This document shows positions 16,443-26,404 of a stretch of DNA of 40,644 nt, piece after piece. The DNA lies in the IMG/VR virus record IMGVR_UViG_2561511241_000001, positions 1-40,644 of that record. One strand, written 5' to 3'. The DNA comes from a virus (taxonomy: Duplodnaviria > Heunggongvirae > Uroviricota > Caudoviricetes). The translations under genes were made by a program, and so were the position numbers. The notes beneath the pieces are model-generated. The model searched no databases and was not told the DNA's origin. It worked only from the letters and a program-made list of their open reading frames with translations. Numbering within the stretch: position 1 is the stretch's first letter; the number at the start of each line of letters is the position of its first letter.

Positions 16443-16937
16443 ATGGCTGGAACGGCGGGGCGTTCCGGGCGTCGCCCCAAGCCAACGGCGCGCAAGGCGC
16501 TGGCCGGAAACCCCGGCAAGCGAGCCCTGAATAAAGATGAACCTGTTTTTACGCCCATCAAAGGTGTTGAGCCACCGGAGTGGTTCGCTGAAGAAGATCT
16601 CCCTCTCGCTACGATCATGTGGCAACTGACAACTAAAGAACTCTGCGGTCAGGGTCTGCTGTGCGTGACTGACCTCGCGGTGCTTGAGCGGTGGTGCGTG
16701 GCCTACGAGTTCTGGCGACGTGCCGTGAAAAATATTGCCAGACAGGGCAACACCATCACCGGTGCAATGGGCGGTATGGTCAAAAATCCGGAGCTGACCG
16801 CCAAAAAAGAACAGGAGTCCGAGATGAGCAGTACGGGGGCAATGCTCGGACTCGACCCCAGCAGCCGCCAGCGTCTGATTGGCCTGGCGGGGCAGAAGAA
16901 AGCCACTAACCCGTTTCTGAAAATCATCGAATCATGA
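16443..16937 (+). CDS. terminase small subunit
   Basis: [28 protein letters not shown]-terminus typical of P27-family small terminases; AGGAG RBS; precedes TerL with overlap. Confidence 0.75.
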   Translation: MAGTAGRSGRRPKPTARKALAGNPGKRALNKDEPVFTPIKGVEPPEWFAEEDLPLATIMWQLTTKELCGQGLLCVTDLAVLERWCVAYEFWRRAVKNIARQGNTITGAMGGMVKNPELTAKKEQESEMSSTGAMLGLDPSSRQRLIGLAGQKKATNPFLKIIES

Positions 16938-18667
16938 GCCGGAAATCTTACCCCAACGTAAATGCTGCCAATCAGTATGCCCGTGATGTCGTGCGCGGAA
17001 AGATTGTGGCCTGCCAGTTTGTGATTCAGGCCTGCCAGCGCCATCTTGATGACCTGATGGAGGAAAAAAGTAAGTCGTTTCGTTACCGCTTCGACAAGGA
17101 CCTGGCTGAACGGGCCGCGAAATTTATTCAGCTGTTGCCGCACACCAAGGGTGAGTGGGCATTTAAACGGATGCCCATCACGCTGGAGCCGTGGCAGCTA
17201 TTTGTGATCTGCTGTGCGTTTGGCTGGGTCAATAAAGGCACCCGGTTGCGCCGCTTCCGGGAGGTGTATACCGAAATTCCCCGTAAGAACGGCAAATCGG
17301 CAATCTCTGCCGGTGTTGCCCTGTATTGTTTTGCCTGTGATAACGAGTTCGGCGCGGAAGTGTATTCCGGTGCCACGACGGAGAAACAGGCATGGGAAGT
17401 CTTTCGTCCGGCACGACTGATGTGTAAACGCACACCCATGCTGACGGAAGCGTTCGGGATTGAGGTTAACGCCTCAAACATGAACCGTCCGGAGGATGGT
17501 GCGCGGTTTGAACCGCTGATCGGTAACCCCGGTGATGGTTCATCACCCCACTGTGCCGTGGTGGATGAATATCACGAGCACGCCACAGATGCGCTTTACA
17601 CCACGATGCTTACCGGGATGGGGGCGCGACGCCAGCCACTGATGTGGGCCATTACCACCGCCGGGTACAACATTGAGGGGCCGTGCTACGACAAACGGCG
17701 GGAAGTCATCGAGATGCTCAACGGCTCGGTGCCCAACGATGAACTGTTCGGGATCATCTATACCGTTGACGAAGGCGACGACTGGACCGACCCGCAGGTA
17801 CTTGAAAAAGCTAACCCGAATATCGGTGTGTCGGTTTATCGCGAGTTTTTGTTAAGCCAGCAGCAACGTGCGAAAAATAACGCCCGTCTGGCAAACGTCT
17901 TTAAAACAAAACACCTCAATATCTGGGTGTCGGCGCGTTCGGCGTATTTCAACCTGGTGAGCTGGCAGAGCTGCGAGAATAAATCACTGACCCTTGAGCA
18001 GTTTGAGGGGCAGCCGTGCATTCTGGCCTTTGACCTGGCGCGTAAGCTGGATATGAACAGTATGGCGCGACTTTATACCCGCGAGATTGACGGTAAAACG
18101 CATTACTACAGTGTGGCTCCGCGCTTCTGGGTACCGTATGACACGGTGTACAGCGTCGAGAAAAATGAAGATCGCCGGACAGCCGAGCGCTTTCAGAAAT
18201 GGGTGGAAATGGGCGTTCTGACCGTTACCGATGGTGCGGAGGTGGATTATCGCTACATCCTCGAGGAGGCCAAAGCGGCGAACAAAATCAGCCCGGTCAG
18301 TGAGTCACCCATCGACCCCTTCGGGGCGACCGGGCTGTCGCATGACCTTGCGGATGAAGACCTGAACCCCATCACCATCATTCAGAACTACACCAACATG
18401 TCCGACCCGATGAAAGAGCTGGAAGCGGCAATTGAATCGGGGCGTTTTCATCATGACGGCAATCCCATCATGACCTGGTGTATCGGCAACGTGGTCGGCA
18501 AAACCATTCCGGGTAACGATGATGTGGTGAAGCCCGTCAAGGAGCAGGCGGAAAACAAAATTGATGGTGCAGTTGCGCTGATTATGGCGGTTGGCAGAGC
18601 CATGCTGTACGAGAAAGAAGACACGCTGTCTGATCACATTGAGTCCTACGGGATCCGCTCGCTTTAA
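16934..18667 (+). CDS. terminase large subunit
   Basis: 577 aa; Walker A-like IPRKNGKS, ATPase and nuclease regions typical of HK97-like TerL; gene order TerS-TerL-portal. Confidence 0.9.
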   Translation: MSRKSYPNVNAANQYARDVVRGKIVACQFVIQACQRHLDDLMEEKSKSFRYRFDKDLAERAAKFIQLLPHTKGEWAFKRMPITLEPWQLFVICCAFGWVNKGTRLRRFREVYTEIPRKNGKSAISAGVALYCFACDNEFGAEVYSGATTEKQAWEVFRPARLMCKRTPMLTEAFGIEVNASNMNRPEDGARFEPLIGNPGDGSSPHCAVVDEYHEHATDALYTTMLTGMGARRQPLMWAITTAGYNIEGPCYDKRREVIEMLNGSVPNDELFGIIYTVDEGDDWTDPQVLEKANPNIGVSVYREFLLSQQQRAKNNARLANVFKTKHLNIWVSARSAYFNLVSWQSCENKSLTLEQFEGQPCILAFDLARKLDMNSMARLYTREIDGKTHYYSVAPRFWVPYDTVYSVEKNEDRRTAERFQKWVEMGVLTVTDGAEVDYRYILEEAKAANKISPVSESPIDPFGATGLSHDLADEDLNPITIIQNYTNMSDPMKELEAAIESGRFHHDGNPIMTWCIGNVVGKTIPGNDDVVKPVKEQAENKIDGAVALIMAVGRAMLYEKEDTLSDHIESYGIRSL

Positions 18668-18678
18668 CTGAGGTAATT

Positions 18679-18861
18679 ATGATCATGCTGATTCTCGCGC
18701 CTCTGGTGGGCGTGCTGGGTGCGCTTTTGCTGGCGTATGGTGCCTGGCTGATTTATCCCCCGGCGGGGTTTGTTGTTGCCGGGGCGCTGTGCCTGTTCTG
18801 GTCGTGGCTGGTGGCGCGATATCTCGACCGTACACAGCCGTCTGTCGGCGGAGGTAAATAG
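18679..18861 (+). CDS. small hydrophobic protein
   Basis: 60 aa, two predicted TM segments; sits between TerL and portal; could be spurious. Confidence 0.3.
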   Translation: MIMLILAPLVGVLGALLLAYGAWLIYPPAGFVVAGALCLFWSWLVARYLDRTQPSVGGGK

Positions 18862-20102
18862 TGTTCTTTTCGGGATTATTTCAACGAAAAAGTGACGCAC
18901 CGGTGACCACGCCAGCAGAGCTGGCGGATGCTATCGGGCTGTCATATGACACCTATACCGGAAAGCAGATCAGCAGCCAGCGGGCCATGCGACTGACGGC
19001 GGTTTTTTCCTGCGTCAGGGTGCTGGCGGAGTCGGTCGGGATGTTGCCCTGCAACCTGTATCACCTGAACGGCAGCCTGAAACAGAGAGCCACCGGCGAA
19101 CGTCTGCATAAGCTGATCTCCACGCATCCCAATGGCTATATGACGCCGCAGGAGTTCTGGGAGCTGGTGGTCACCTGTCTGTGCCTGCGGGGAAACTTTT
19201 ACGCCTACAAAGTGAAAGCATTTGGCGAAGTGGCTGAACTGCTGCCCGTCGACCCAGGTTGTGTGGTACCGAAGCTTAACAGTAGCTGGGAACCGGTTTA
19301 CCAGGTCACATTCCCGGACGGCTCCACGGATGTACTGAGCCAGGAAGATATCTGGCATGTGCGCACGCTGACGCTGGACGGTCTGGTGGGACTGAATCCC
19401 ATCGCCTATGCCCGCGAGGCAATATCGCTGGCAGCTGCGACCGAAGAGCACGGGGCCAGACTGTTCAGCAATGGTGCGGTGACGTCCGGTGTGTTGCGTA
19501 CAGAGCAGACGCTGTCGGATCAGGCTTATGAGCGTCTGAAGAAAGATTTTGAGGAGCGTCACACCGGGCTTGGTAATGCTCACCGCCCGATGATCCTTGA
19601 GATGGGGCTGGACTGGAAGTCGATGGCGCTGAACGCCGAGGACAGCCAGTTCCTGGAAACCCGCAAGTTTCAGCTTGAAGAAATCTGTCGTCTGTTCCGT
19701 GTGCCATTGCACATGGTGCAGAACACCGATCGCGCCACCTTCAACAATATCGAAGAACTGGGGCTGGGATTTATCAACTATTCACTGGTGCCGTATCTGA
19801 CCCGCATTGAGCAGCGGATCAACACCGGACTGGTACGAAAAAGTAAGCAGGGCGTTTATTACGCCAAATTTAACGCCGGGGCGTTACTGCGCGGGGATAT
19901 GAAGTCCCGTTTTGAAGCCTACGCCACCGGGATTAACTGGGGAATTTACTCTCCCAATGACTGCCGCGACCTGGAAGATATGAATCCGCGTCCCGGTGGG
20001 GATGTCTATCTCACACCGATGAACATGACCACGAAACCCTCCGATGGCAGTAAAGCCGGTAAGCAGAAGGATAACGCCAATGCAGACGAAACAACGTCTT
20101 GA
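18861..20102 (+). CDS. portal protein (HK97 family)
   Basis: 413 aa; GTG start with GGAGG RBS; position between TerL and prohead protease; sequence character of HK97-type portals. Confidence 0.85.
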   Translation: MFFSGLFQRKSDAPVTTPAELADAIGLSYDTYTGKQISSQRAMRLTAVFSCVRVLAESVGMLPCNLYHLNGSLKQRATGERLHKLISTHPNGYMTPQEFWELVVTCLCLRGNFYAYKVKAFGEVAELLPVDPGCVVPKLNSSWEPVYQVTFPDGSTDVLSQEDIWHVRTLTLDGLVGLNPIAYAREAISLAAATEEHGARLFSNGAVTSGVLRTEQTLSDQAYERLKKDFEERHTGLGNAHRPMILEMGLDWKSMALNAEDSQFLETRKFQLEEICRLFRVPLHMVQNTDRATFNNIEELGLGFINYSLVPYLTRIEQRINTGLVRKSKQGVYYAKFNAGALLRGDMKSRFEAYATGINWGIYSPNDCRDLEDMNPRPGGDVYLTPMNMTTKPSDGSKAGKQKDNANADETTS

Positions 20103-20730
20103 TGTACCGCTGAGTCTGAAATCTGTCAGTGACTCCGGTGAGTTTGAAGGGTATGGCTCCGTCTTTGGTGTAAAGGACAGCCACGATGATGTGGTGATGT
20201 CCGGGGCATTTGCTGCTTCCCTGCGGGCGTGGAGTGACAGAAAAGCGTTACCTGCGCTGCTCTGGCAGCACCGCATGGATGAACCCATCGGTGTTTACAC
20301 CGAAATGAAGGAAGACGATGTCGGGCTTTACGTCAGGGGACGGTTGCTTATTGATGATGATCCCCTCGCAAAACGCGCACATGCACACATGAAGGCCGGT
20401 TCGTTAACCGGCCTTTCTATTGGGTACGTCCTGAAAGACTGGGAATACGACCGGAGCAAAGAAGCCTTTCTGTTGAAAGAAATCGACCTCTGGGAAGTCA
20501 GTCTGGTGACGTTTCCGTCTAACGACGAGGCGCGGATCAGCGACGTCAAGAACGCGCTGGCCCGCGGGGAAATCCCCGAACAGAAAAAAATCGAAAGAGT
20601 CCTGCGTGATGTCGGACTCTCCCGTACCCAGGCCAAAGCATTCATGGCCGGGGGCTATGGCGCACTGTCCCTGCGCGACGCTGAGGATGTGGGCTCTGCA
20701 CTGAATGCACTGAAAAATCTGAACTTCTAA
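20080..20730 (+). CDS. prohead protease (HK97 family)
   Basis: Start at MQTKQRLDV with AAGGA RBS; position between portal and capsid; family call from position and sequence character. Confidence 0.8.
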   Translation: MQTKQRLDVPLSLKSVSDSGEFEGYGSVFGVKDSHDDVVMSGAFAASLRAWSDRKALPALLWQHRMDEPIGVYTEMKEDDVGLYVRGRLLIDDDPLAKRAHAHMKAGSLTGLSIGYVLKDWEYDRSKEAFLLKEIDLWEVSLVTFPSNDEARISDVKNALARGEIPEQKKIERVLRDVGLSRTQAKAFMAGGYGALSLRDAEDVGSALNALKNLNF

Positions 20731-20744
20731 TCAGGAGAAATACG

Positions 20745-21950
20745 ATGGCGGTTGATATTAAAGATGTCGAACAGGTCGCGCAGGAGCTGCAGCAGAAGTT
20801 TGACGACTTCAAAGCAAAGAACGACAAGCGCGTGGATGCGATTGAGCAGGAAAAAGGCAAGCTTGCCGGGCAGGTGGAAACCCTGAACGGGAAACTCAGC
20901 GAGCTGGAAAATCTCAAAAGCGACCTTGAAAAAGAGCTGCTTGAGCTGAAACGTCCGGCAGGTGGAGCGCAAAATAAACTGGCCACCGAGCATAAAGAGG
21001 CGTTTGTGGGCTTTCTACGTAAAGGCCGTGAAGACGGTCTGCGCGATCTGGAGCGTAAGGCATTGCAGGTGGGTACCGATGAAGACGGTGGCTACGCCGT
21101 GCCGGAAGAACTGGATCGCAACATTCTTAACCTGCTGAAAGATGAAGTGGTGATGCGTCAGGAAGCCACGGTGATCACCGTTGGCGGTTCCGACTACAAA
21201 AAACTGGTGAATCTGGGCGGTACGGCTTCCGGATGGGTGGGGGAAACGGATACGCGATCCCAGACTGCCACCTCCAGACTGGAGCTGATTGAACCTCTCA
21301 TGGGGGAAATCTACGGCAACCCGCAGGCTACCCAGAAAATGCTGGACGATGCCTTCTTCAACGTGGAGGCCTGGATCAACAGCGAGCTGGCAACCGAATT
21401 TGCCGAACAGGAAGAAATTGCCTTTACCTCAGGCGATGGCACCAAGAAGCCGAAAGGGTTCCTGGCGTATGAATCCACTGATGAAACCGACAAGGTCCGG
21501 GCGTTCGGCAAACTTCAGCATATTGTATCCGGCGAAGCGACCGCGGTGACCGCAGACGCCATTATCAAACTGATTTACACGCTGCGTAAGGCACACCGCA
21601 CTGGCGCGAAGTTCATGATGAACAACAACAGTCTGTTTGCCATCCGTCTGCTGAAAGACACCGAGGGTAACTATCTGTGGCGTCCGGGGCTGGAACTGGG
21701 GCAGCCGTCCTCTCTGGCGGGTTACGGTATCGCTGAAAACGAACAGATGCCGGATATCGCCGCTGATGCGAAAGCCATTGCATTTGGTAACTTCAAACGG
21801 GGTTACACCATCGTTGACCGTATCGGCACCCGCATTCTGCGTGACCCGTACACCAATAAACCGTTTGTCGGTTTTTATACCACCAAGCGCACCGGCGGGA
21901 TGCTGGTCGATTCGCAGGCCATCAAACTGCTGAAGATTGCAGCGGCGTAA
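20745..21950 (+). CDS. major capsid protein (HK97 fold)
   Basis: 401 aa; N-terminal coiled-coil scaffold-like delta domain followed by capsid domain; position after the protease. Confidence 0.85.
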   Translation: MAVDIKDVEQVAQELQQKFDDFKAKNDKRVDAIEQEKGKLAGQVETLNGKLSELENLKSDLEKELLELKRPAGGAQNKLATEHKEAFVGFLRKGREDGLRDLERKALQVGTDEDGGYAVPEELDRNILNLLKDEVVMRQEATVITVGGSDYKKLVNLGGTASGWVGETDTRSQTATSRLELIEPLMGEIYGNPQATQKMLDDAFFNVEAWINSELATEFAEQEEIAFTSGDGTKKPKGFLAYESTDETDKVRAFGKLQHIVSGEATAVTADAIIKLIYTLRKAHRTGAKFMMNNNSLFAIRLLKDTEGNYLWRPGLELGQPSSLAGYGIAENEQMPDIAADAKAIAFGNFKRGYTIVDRIGTRILRDPYTNKPFVGFYTTKRTGGMLVDSQAIKLLKIAAA

Positions 21951-21999
21951 TCACTCAGGGGCGCGGAACCGCGCCCCCTGTTCTGACGGGTGAAGAATC

Positions 22000-22200
22000 A
22001 TGATCCTGAAACAAGATCTGAAATGGTCACCGGACGGTATGCGTGTTGAGGTCATTCGGGCCGGTGAGTATGACGACGGGGCGCTTCCTGCCCGGGTGCA
22101 GGAGATTGCACTTCAGGCCGGGTTAGCAGAGCGCGGAACCAGTGCAAAAAGCAGTAAAGCGGCAAAAGAGAAAAAAGCCACGACCAGTAAAGAGGGCTGA
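22000..22200 (+). CDS. hypothetical small head-region protein
   Basis: 66 aa ORF between capsid and connector genes, Lys/Ala-rich C-terminus. Confidence 0.4.
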   Translation: MILKQDLKWSPDGMRVEVIRAGEYDDGALPARVQEIALQAGLAERGTSAKSSKAAKEKKATTSKEG

Positions 22201-22202
22201 GT

Positions 22203-22526
22203 ATGCTTCTGACAATGGAAGAGATTAAAGCCCAACTCCGGCTGGATGAGGATTTCGATGCTGATGACCGCCATCTGCAACTGCTGGCCTGTGCGGCGCA
22301 AAAGCGGACGGAAACGTATCTGAACCGGAAGCTCTATGCACCGGATGAAACCATTCCGGAGAGCGATCCGGACGGGCTGCACCTGCCGGATGATATTCGT
22401 CTGGGGATGCTGATGCTTATCAGCCATTTTTACGAAAACCGCTCGTCGGTTACGGAAGTGGAGAAACTCGACATGCCGCAGAGTTTTGGCTGGCTTGTCG
22501 GCCCGTACAGGTACTTTCCGCAATGA
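22203..22526 (+). CDS. head-tail connector (gp6-like)
   Basis: 107 aa; MEEIKAQLRLDED...LISHFYENR pattern of gp6-type connector proteins; position. Confidence 0.65.
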   Translation: MLLTMEEIKAQLRLDEDFDADDRHLQLLACAAQKRTETYLNRKLYAPDETIPESDPDGLHLPDDIRLGMLMLISHFYENRSSVTEVEKLDMPQSFGWLVGPYRYFPQ

Positions 22527-22933
22527 AAATTCGTCAGGCGCAGACCAGCGCAACCTACATTCTGCCGGACCCCGGTGAACTGAATAAACGCGTCCTGATC
22601 CGCCTGCGGGTGGATATGCCCGCGGATAACTTTGGCGTGGAGCCTCAATACCCGGTTACGTTCCGGACATGGGCGAAGGTTATCCAGACCAGTGCCACCA
22701 CCTGGCAGGAAACCGCGCAGACCGGGGACGCCATCACCCATTACATCACCATTCGTTACCGCCGGGGGATCACCGCTGATTATGAGGTGGTCTGCGGTGA
22801 CAGTGTGTACCGGGTGAAACGTCAGCGCGATCTGAACGGGGCGCGGCGCTTTCTGCTGCTGGAGTGTACGGAGCTGGGCGAATGTAGGCAGAGTCACGGA
22901 GGCAGCAATGGCGACTCCCTTTTTTCACGTTGA
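22523..22933 (+). CDS. head closure / head-tail adaptor protein
   Basis: 136 aa, position and overlap with neighbours in the head-completion block. Confidence 0.5.
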   Translation: MKIRQAQTSATYILPDPGELNKRVLIRLRVDMPADNFGVEPQYPVTFRTWAKVIQTSATTWQETAQTGDAITHYITIRYRRGITADYEVVCGDSVYRVKRQRDLNGARRFLLLECTELGECRQSHGGSNGDSLFSR

Positions 22934-23414
22934 TGTTCAGCAGCCCGCCGAGATGCGCTTTAACCGCGCCCGTGTCCGGCGGGCGTTTGTCACGATTGGG
23001 CAGCGTCATATGCGTGATGCCCGTCGGCTGGTGATGCGCCGTGCGCGGTCGGCACCGGGTGAAAACCCCGGTTATCAGACCGGACGCCTGGCTCGTTCGA
23101 TTGGTTATATGGTGCCGAGAGCCAGTAAAAAGCGAGCCGGTTTTATGACACGCATTGCCCCTAACCAGCGCAACGGGAAGGGGAACCGGATGATCTCTGG
23201 TGACTTCTATCCGGCGTTTCTGTTTTTTGGTGTCCGGGGAGGAGCAAAACGTCGTCGTAGTCATCATCGTGGTGCATCCGGTGGCAGCGGCTGGCGACTG
23301 GCTCCACGTAATAACTTCATGGTGGAAGCGCTTGAAAAGAACCGCAGCTGGACACGCTATTTTCTGGCGCGGGAATTGCGTAAATCACTGAAGCCGGAGC
23401 GACGACACAGATGA
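22908..23414 (+). CDS. HK97 gp10-like head-tail joining protein
   Basis: 168 aa basic protein in the conserved head-completion block. Confidence 0.5.
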   Translation: MATPFFHVDVQQPAEMRFNRARVRRAFVTIGQRHMRDARRLVMRRARSAPGENPGYQTGRLARSIGYMVPRASKKRAGFMTRIAPNQRNGKGNRMISGDFYPAFLFFGVRGGAKRRRSHHRGASGGSGWRLAPRNNFMVEALEKNRSWTRYFLARELRKSLKPERRHR

Positions 23415-23971
23415 AACTGACGCCTGTTATTGCTGCGCTGCGTGCCCGCTGCCCGTATTTTGAAAACCGGGTGGCAGGCGCGGCACAGTTCAAAAATCTG
23501 CCGGAGGTCGGAAAGCTGAGACTCCCGGCGGCGTATGTGGTACCGGGTGATGACTCTCCGGGAGAAAACAAAAGCCAGACCGACTACTGGCAGGAGCTGA
23601 AAGAGGGCTTCTCCGTGGTTGTCATACTGAGTAACGGGCGTGATGAGCGCGGTCAGTTTGCCTCGTATGATGTGGTGGACGATGTCCGGCAGATGCTCTT
23701 TAAGGCCCTGCTGGGCTGGAACCCGGAAGCGTGCGGTAACCCGATTACCTATGACGGCGGCACGCTGCTGGATCTGAATCGTCATGAGCTGATTTATCAG
23801 TTCGATTTTTCGGTCATCAGCGAGCTGACTGAAGACGATACCCGCCAGCAGGATGATCTGAACAGTCTGGATGAACTGCAAACGCTGGCGATTGATGTTG
23901 ATTATCTCGAGCCCGGTAACGGGCCTGACGGCGATATCGAACATCACACCGAAATAACCCTTCCTTCCTGA
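23411..23971 (+). CDS. virion morphogenesis / tail completion protein
   Basis: 186 aa, ATGA-coupled, immediately upstream of the Mu-type sheath block. Confidence 0.5.
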   Translation: MKLTPVIAALRARCPYFENRVAGAAQFKNLPEVGKLRLPAAYVVPGDDSPGENKSQTDYWQELKEGFSVVVILSNGRDERGQFASYDVVDDVRQMLFKALLGWNPEACGNPITYDGGTLLDLNRHELIYQFDFSVISELTEDDTRQQDDLNSLDELQTLAIDVDYLEPGNGPDGDIEHHTEITLPS

Positions 23972-23979
23972 GGATCCTC

Positions 23980-24141
23980 ATGTTTGTCAAACCTGTTAAA
24001 GGGCGGTCAGTGCCTGACCCTGCCCGCGGCGACCTTTTGCCCGCCGAAGGGCGAAATGTTGATGAGAACAACTACTGGCTGCGCCGTGAAGCAGCGGGTG
24101 ATATCCGGCGCGTGAATAAAAAGGTGAACACCGATGACGAT
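23980..24141 (+). CDS. small DUF2635-like protein
   Basis: 53 aa ORF (MFVKPVKGRSVPDPARGDLLPAEGRNVDENNYWLRREAAGD...), below the ORF-track cutoff; GAGGA RBS; this small gene typically precedes Mu-type sheath genes. Confidence 0.45.
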
Positions 24142-25630
24142 AAGCTTTAACACCATTCCGTCGAATACGCTGGTTCCGCTGTTTTATGCGGAAATGGATA
24201 ACCAGGCGGCGAATACTGCACAGGACAGCGGGGCATCGTTGCTGATTGGTCACGCCAATAACGGTGCAGAAATTGTTGCCAACAGTCTGGTGCTGATGCC
24301 GTCGGCAGACTATGCACGCCAGATTTGTGGTGCGGGAAGTCAGCTGGCGCGTATGGTCGAGGCTTATCGCCAGACCGACCCGTTTGGCGAGCTGTATGTG
24401 ATTGCCGTTCCGGAAGCCACAGGCGCGGCGGCAACGGTTACGCTGACAGTGACCGGGGCGGCAACCGAAACCGGCACGGTGAATGTTTATGTGGGACGTA
24501 CCCGCGTGCAGGCACCGGTGACCAACGGCGATAACGTCACGACGATTGCCAGCAGTATCAAAGATGCCATTAATGCCGTTCCGGCCCTGCCGTTTACGGC
24601 CTCATCTTCGGCAGGCGTGGTCACGCTGACCGCGCGTCATAAGGGGCTTTGCGGGAATGAAATTCCTGTCAGCCTCAATTACTACGGCTTTGGTGGGGGC
24701 GAAGTGCTGCCAGCGGGCGTACAGATTGCTGTGGCGACGGGGAGCGCCGGAACGGGCGCTCCGGTTCTCACCGGCGCGGTGGCTGCAATGGCGGATGAGC
24801 CGTTTGATTATATTGGCCTGCCGTTCAACGACACGGCCTCCGTTAACACGCTGGTGACAGAGATGAACGATACCAGCGGTCGCTGGAGCTATGCGCGTCA
24901 GCTGTATGGTCATGTGTATACGGCAAAGATCGGCACGCTGTCAGAACTGGTGAACGCAGGTGACCAGTTTAACCAGCAGCACATTACCCTGGCGGGATAC
25001 GAAAAAGAGACCCAGACGCCTGCCGACGAGCTGGCGGCAAGCCGTACCGCCCGCGCAGCGGTGTTTATTCGCAACGATCCGGCACGTCCCACGCAGACCG
25101 GTGAGCTGGTGGGTATGCTGCCTGCGCCGAAGGGGAAACGGTTCACGATGACCGAACAACAGACCCTGCTGTCTCATGGCGTGGCAACGGCGTATGTCGA
25201 AAGCGGGGTGCTGCGCATTCAGCGTGATGTCACCACGTACAGGAAAAACGCTTACGGTGTTGCGGATAACAGCTACCTCGACAGCGAGACGCTGCATACC
25301 AGCGCGTATGTGCTGCGCAAACTGAAATCCGTCATTACCAGTAAGTACGGGCGTCACAAGCTTGCCAGCGACGGTACCCGCTTTGGTCCCGGTCAGGCGA
25401 TTGTCACACCGGCGGTGATCAAAGGGGAACTGCTGGCAACCTACCGTCAGCTTGAGCGTGCGGGGATCGTGGAAAACTACGAACTGTTTAAGCAGTACCT
25501 GGTTGTGGAGCGTGATGCCAGCGATCCGAACCGCCTGAACACGCTGTTCCCGCCTGACTATGTTAACCAGTTGCGTGTTTTTGCCGTGGTTAACCAGTTC
25601 CGTCTTCAGTATTCAGAGGAGTCTGCATAA
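24134..25630 (+). CDS. contractile tail sheath protein (Mu gpL-like)
   Basis: 498 aa; size, composition and position (sheath-tube-chaperone-tape measure) typical of Mu/SfV-type myovirus tails. Confidence 0.85.
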   Translation: MTISFNTIPSNTLVPLFYAEMDNQAANTAQDSGASLLIGHANNGAEIVANSLVLMPSADYARQICGAGSQLARMVEAYRQTDPFGELYVIAVPEATGAAATVTLTVTGAATETGTVNVYVGRTRVQAPVTNGDNVTTIASSIKDAINAVPALPFTASSSAGVVTLTARHKGLCGNEIPVSLNYYGFGGGEVLPAGVQIAVATGSAGTGAPVLTGAVAAMADEPFDYIGLPFNDTASVNTLVTEMNDTSGRWSYARQLYGHVYTAKIGTLSELVNAGDQFNQQHITLAGYEKETQTPADELAASRTARAAVFIRNDPARPTQTGELVGMLPAPKGKRFTMTEQQTLLSHGVATAYVESGVLRIQRDVTTYRKNAYGVADNSYLDSETLHTSAYVLRKLKSVITSKYGRHKLASDGTRFGPGQAIVTPAVIKGELLATYRQLERAGIVENYELFKQYLVVERDASDPNRLNTLFPPDYVNQLRVFAVVNQFRLQYSEESA

Positions 25631-25986
25631 TGGCCCGTATCGGGGGAACCTGTTATTTCAAAATTGACGGTCAGCAGCTATCGCTGACCGGCGGCATTGA
25701 GGTGCCCATGAACAGGACGGTCAATGATGACATCATCGGCCTGGACGGTTCAGTGGACCGCAAGGAAACTCACCGTGCGCCTTATGTCAAAGGGACATTC
25801 AAGGTGCCGAAGAATTTTCCGGTGAGTAAAATCACCTCGTCTGATGAGATGACCATCACTGCCGAGCTGGCGAACGGTCAGGTCTATGTATTGTCGTCCG
25901 CCTGGCTGCACGGCGAAGCGAACCATAATGCCGAAGAAGGCACGGTTGATCTTGAGTTCCACGGTGAAGAAGGGGATTACCAGTAA
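25630..25986 (+). CDS. tail tube protein
   Basis: 118 aa, ATGA-coupled to the sheath gene; Mu gpM-like position. Confidence 0.75.
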   Translation: MARIGGTCYFKIDGQQLSLTGGIEVPMNRTVNDDIIGLDGSVDRKETHRAPYVKGTFKVPKNFPVSKITSSDEMTITAELANGQVYVLSSAWLHGEANHNAEEGTVDLEFHGEEGDYQ

Positions 25987-26255
25987 TGAAAGAGCTTGAG
26001 TTAAAGAAACCGATTATCGCTCATGGTGAGACACTCTCCGTACTGGAGTTTGATGAACCCACCGGGAAGGATGTCCGCGAGCTGGGGTATCCCTACCAGA
26101 TGAATCAGGATGAGTCCGTCAGACTTCTGGCGCATGTGGTGTCGAAATACATTGTGCGGCTGGCGAAAGTGCCGCAAAGCTCTGTCGACCAGATGTCTCC
26201 GGCAGACCTGAATGCAGCGGCGTGGCTTGTGGCTGGTTTTTTCCTCCAGGCCTGA
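25986..26255 (+). CDS. tail assembly chaperone (short form)
   Basis: 89 aa acidic protein immediately upstream of the tape measure; ends just after a slippery heptamer. Confidence 0.65.
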   Translation: MKELELKKPIIAHGETLSVLEFDEPTGKDVRELGYPYQMNQDESVRLLAHVVSKYIVRLAKVPQSSVDQMSPADLNAAAWLVAGFFLQA

Positions 26256-26404
26256 CGGCTGAATACCTCACTGATCGCTTCTTTGACTGCGCCAGCTACT
26301 GGCGCATTAATCCCTTCGAATTGCTGAGTATGCCGATCAGTGAAATTCCCTTGCTGGTCAGTCAGGCAAACAGGATAGAGCAGGAGAAACGCACACATGG
26401 CTGA
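25986..26404 (+). CDS. tail assembly chaperone long form via -1 frameshift (G-T-like fusion)
   Basis: -1 frame ORF 26222-26404 is open from the slippery site to just before the tape measure start (26397). Confidence 0.5.
26237..26243 (+). other. slippery heptamer T_TTT_TTC for -1 programmed frameshift
   Basis: Zero-frame codons GGT TTT TTC, 3 codons before the chaperone stop; the -1 frame continues ...FFPPGLTAEY... Confidence 0.5.

Noticed and set aside
18942-19712. 256 aa minus-strand ORF
   Set aside because: Fully antisense to the portal gene; long antisense ORFs are expected in GC-rich structural genes; low-complexity R/Q/H-rich translation.
23357-23947. 196 aa minus-strand ORF
   Set aside because: Antisense to the tail-completion gene in a tightly coupled plus-strand operon; no RBS.
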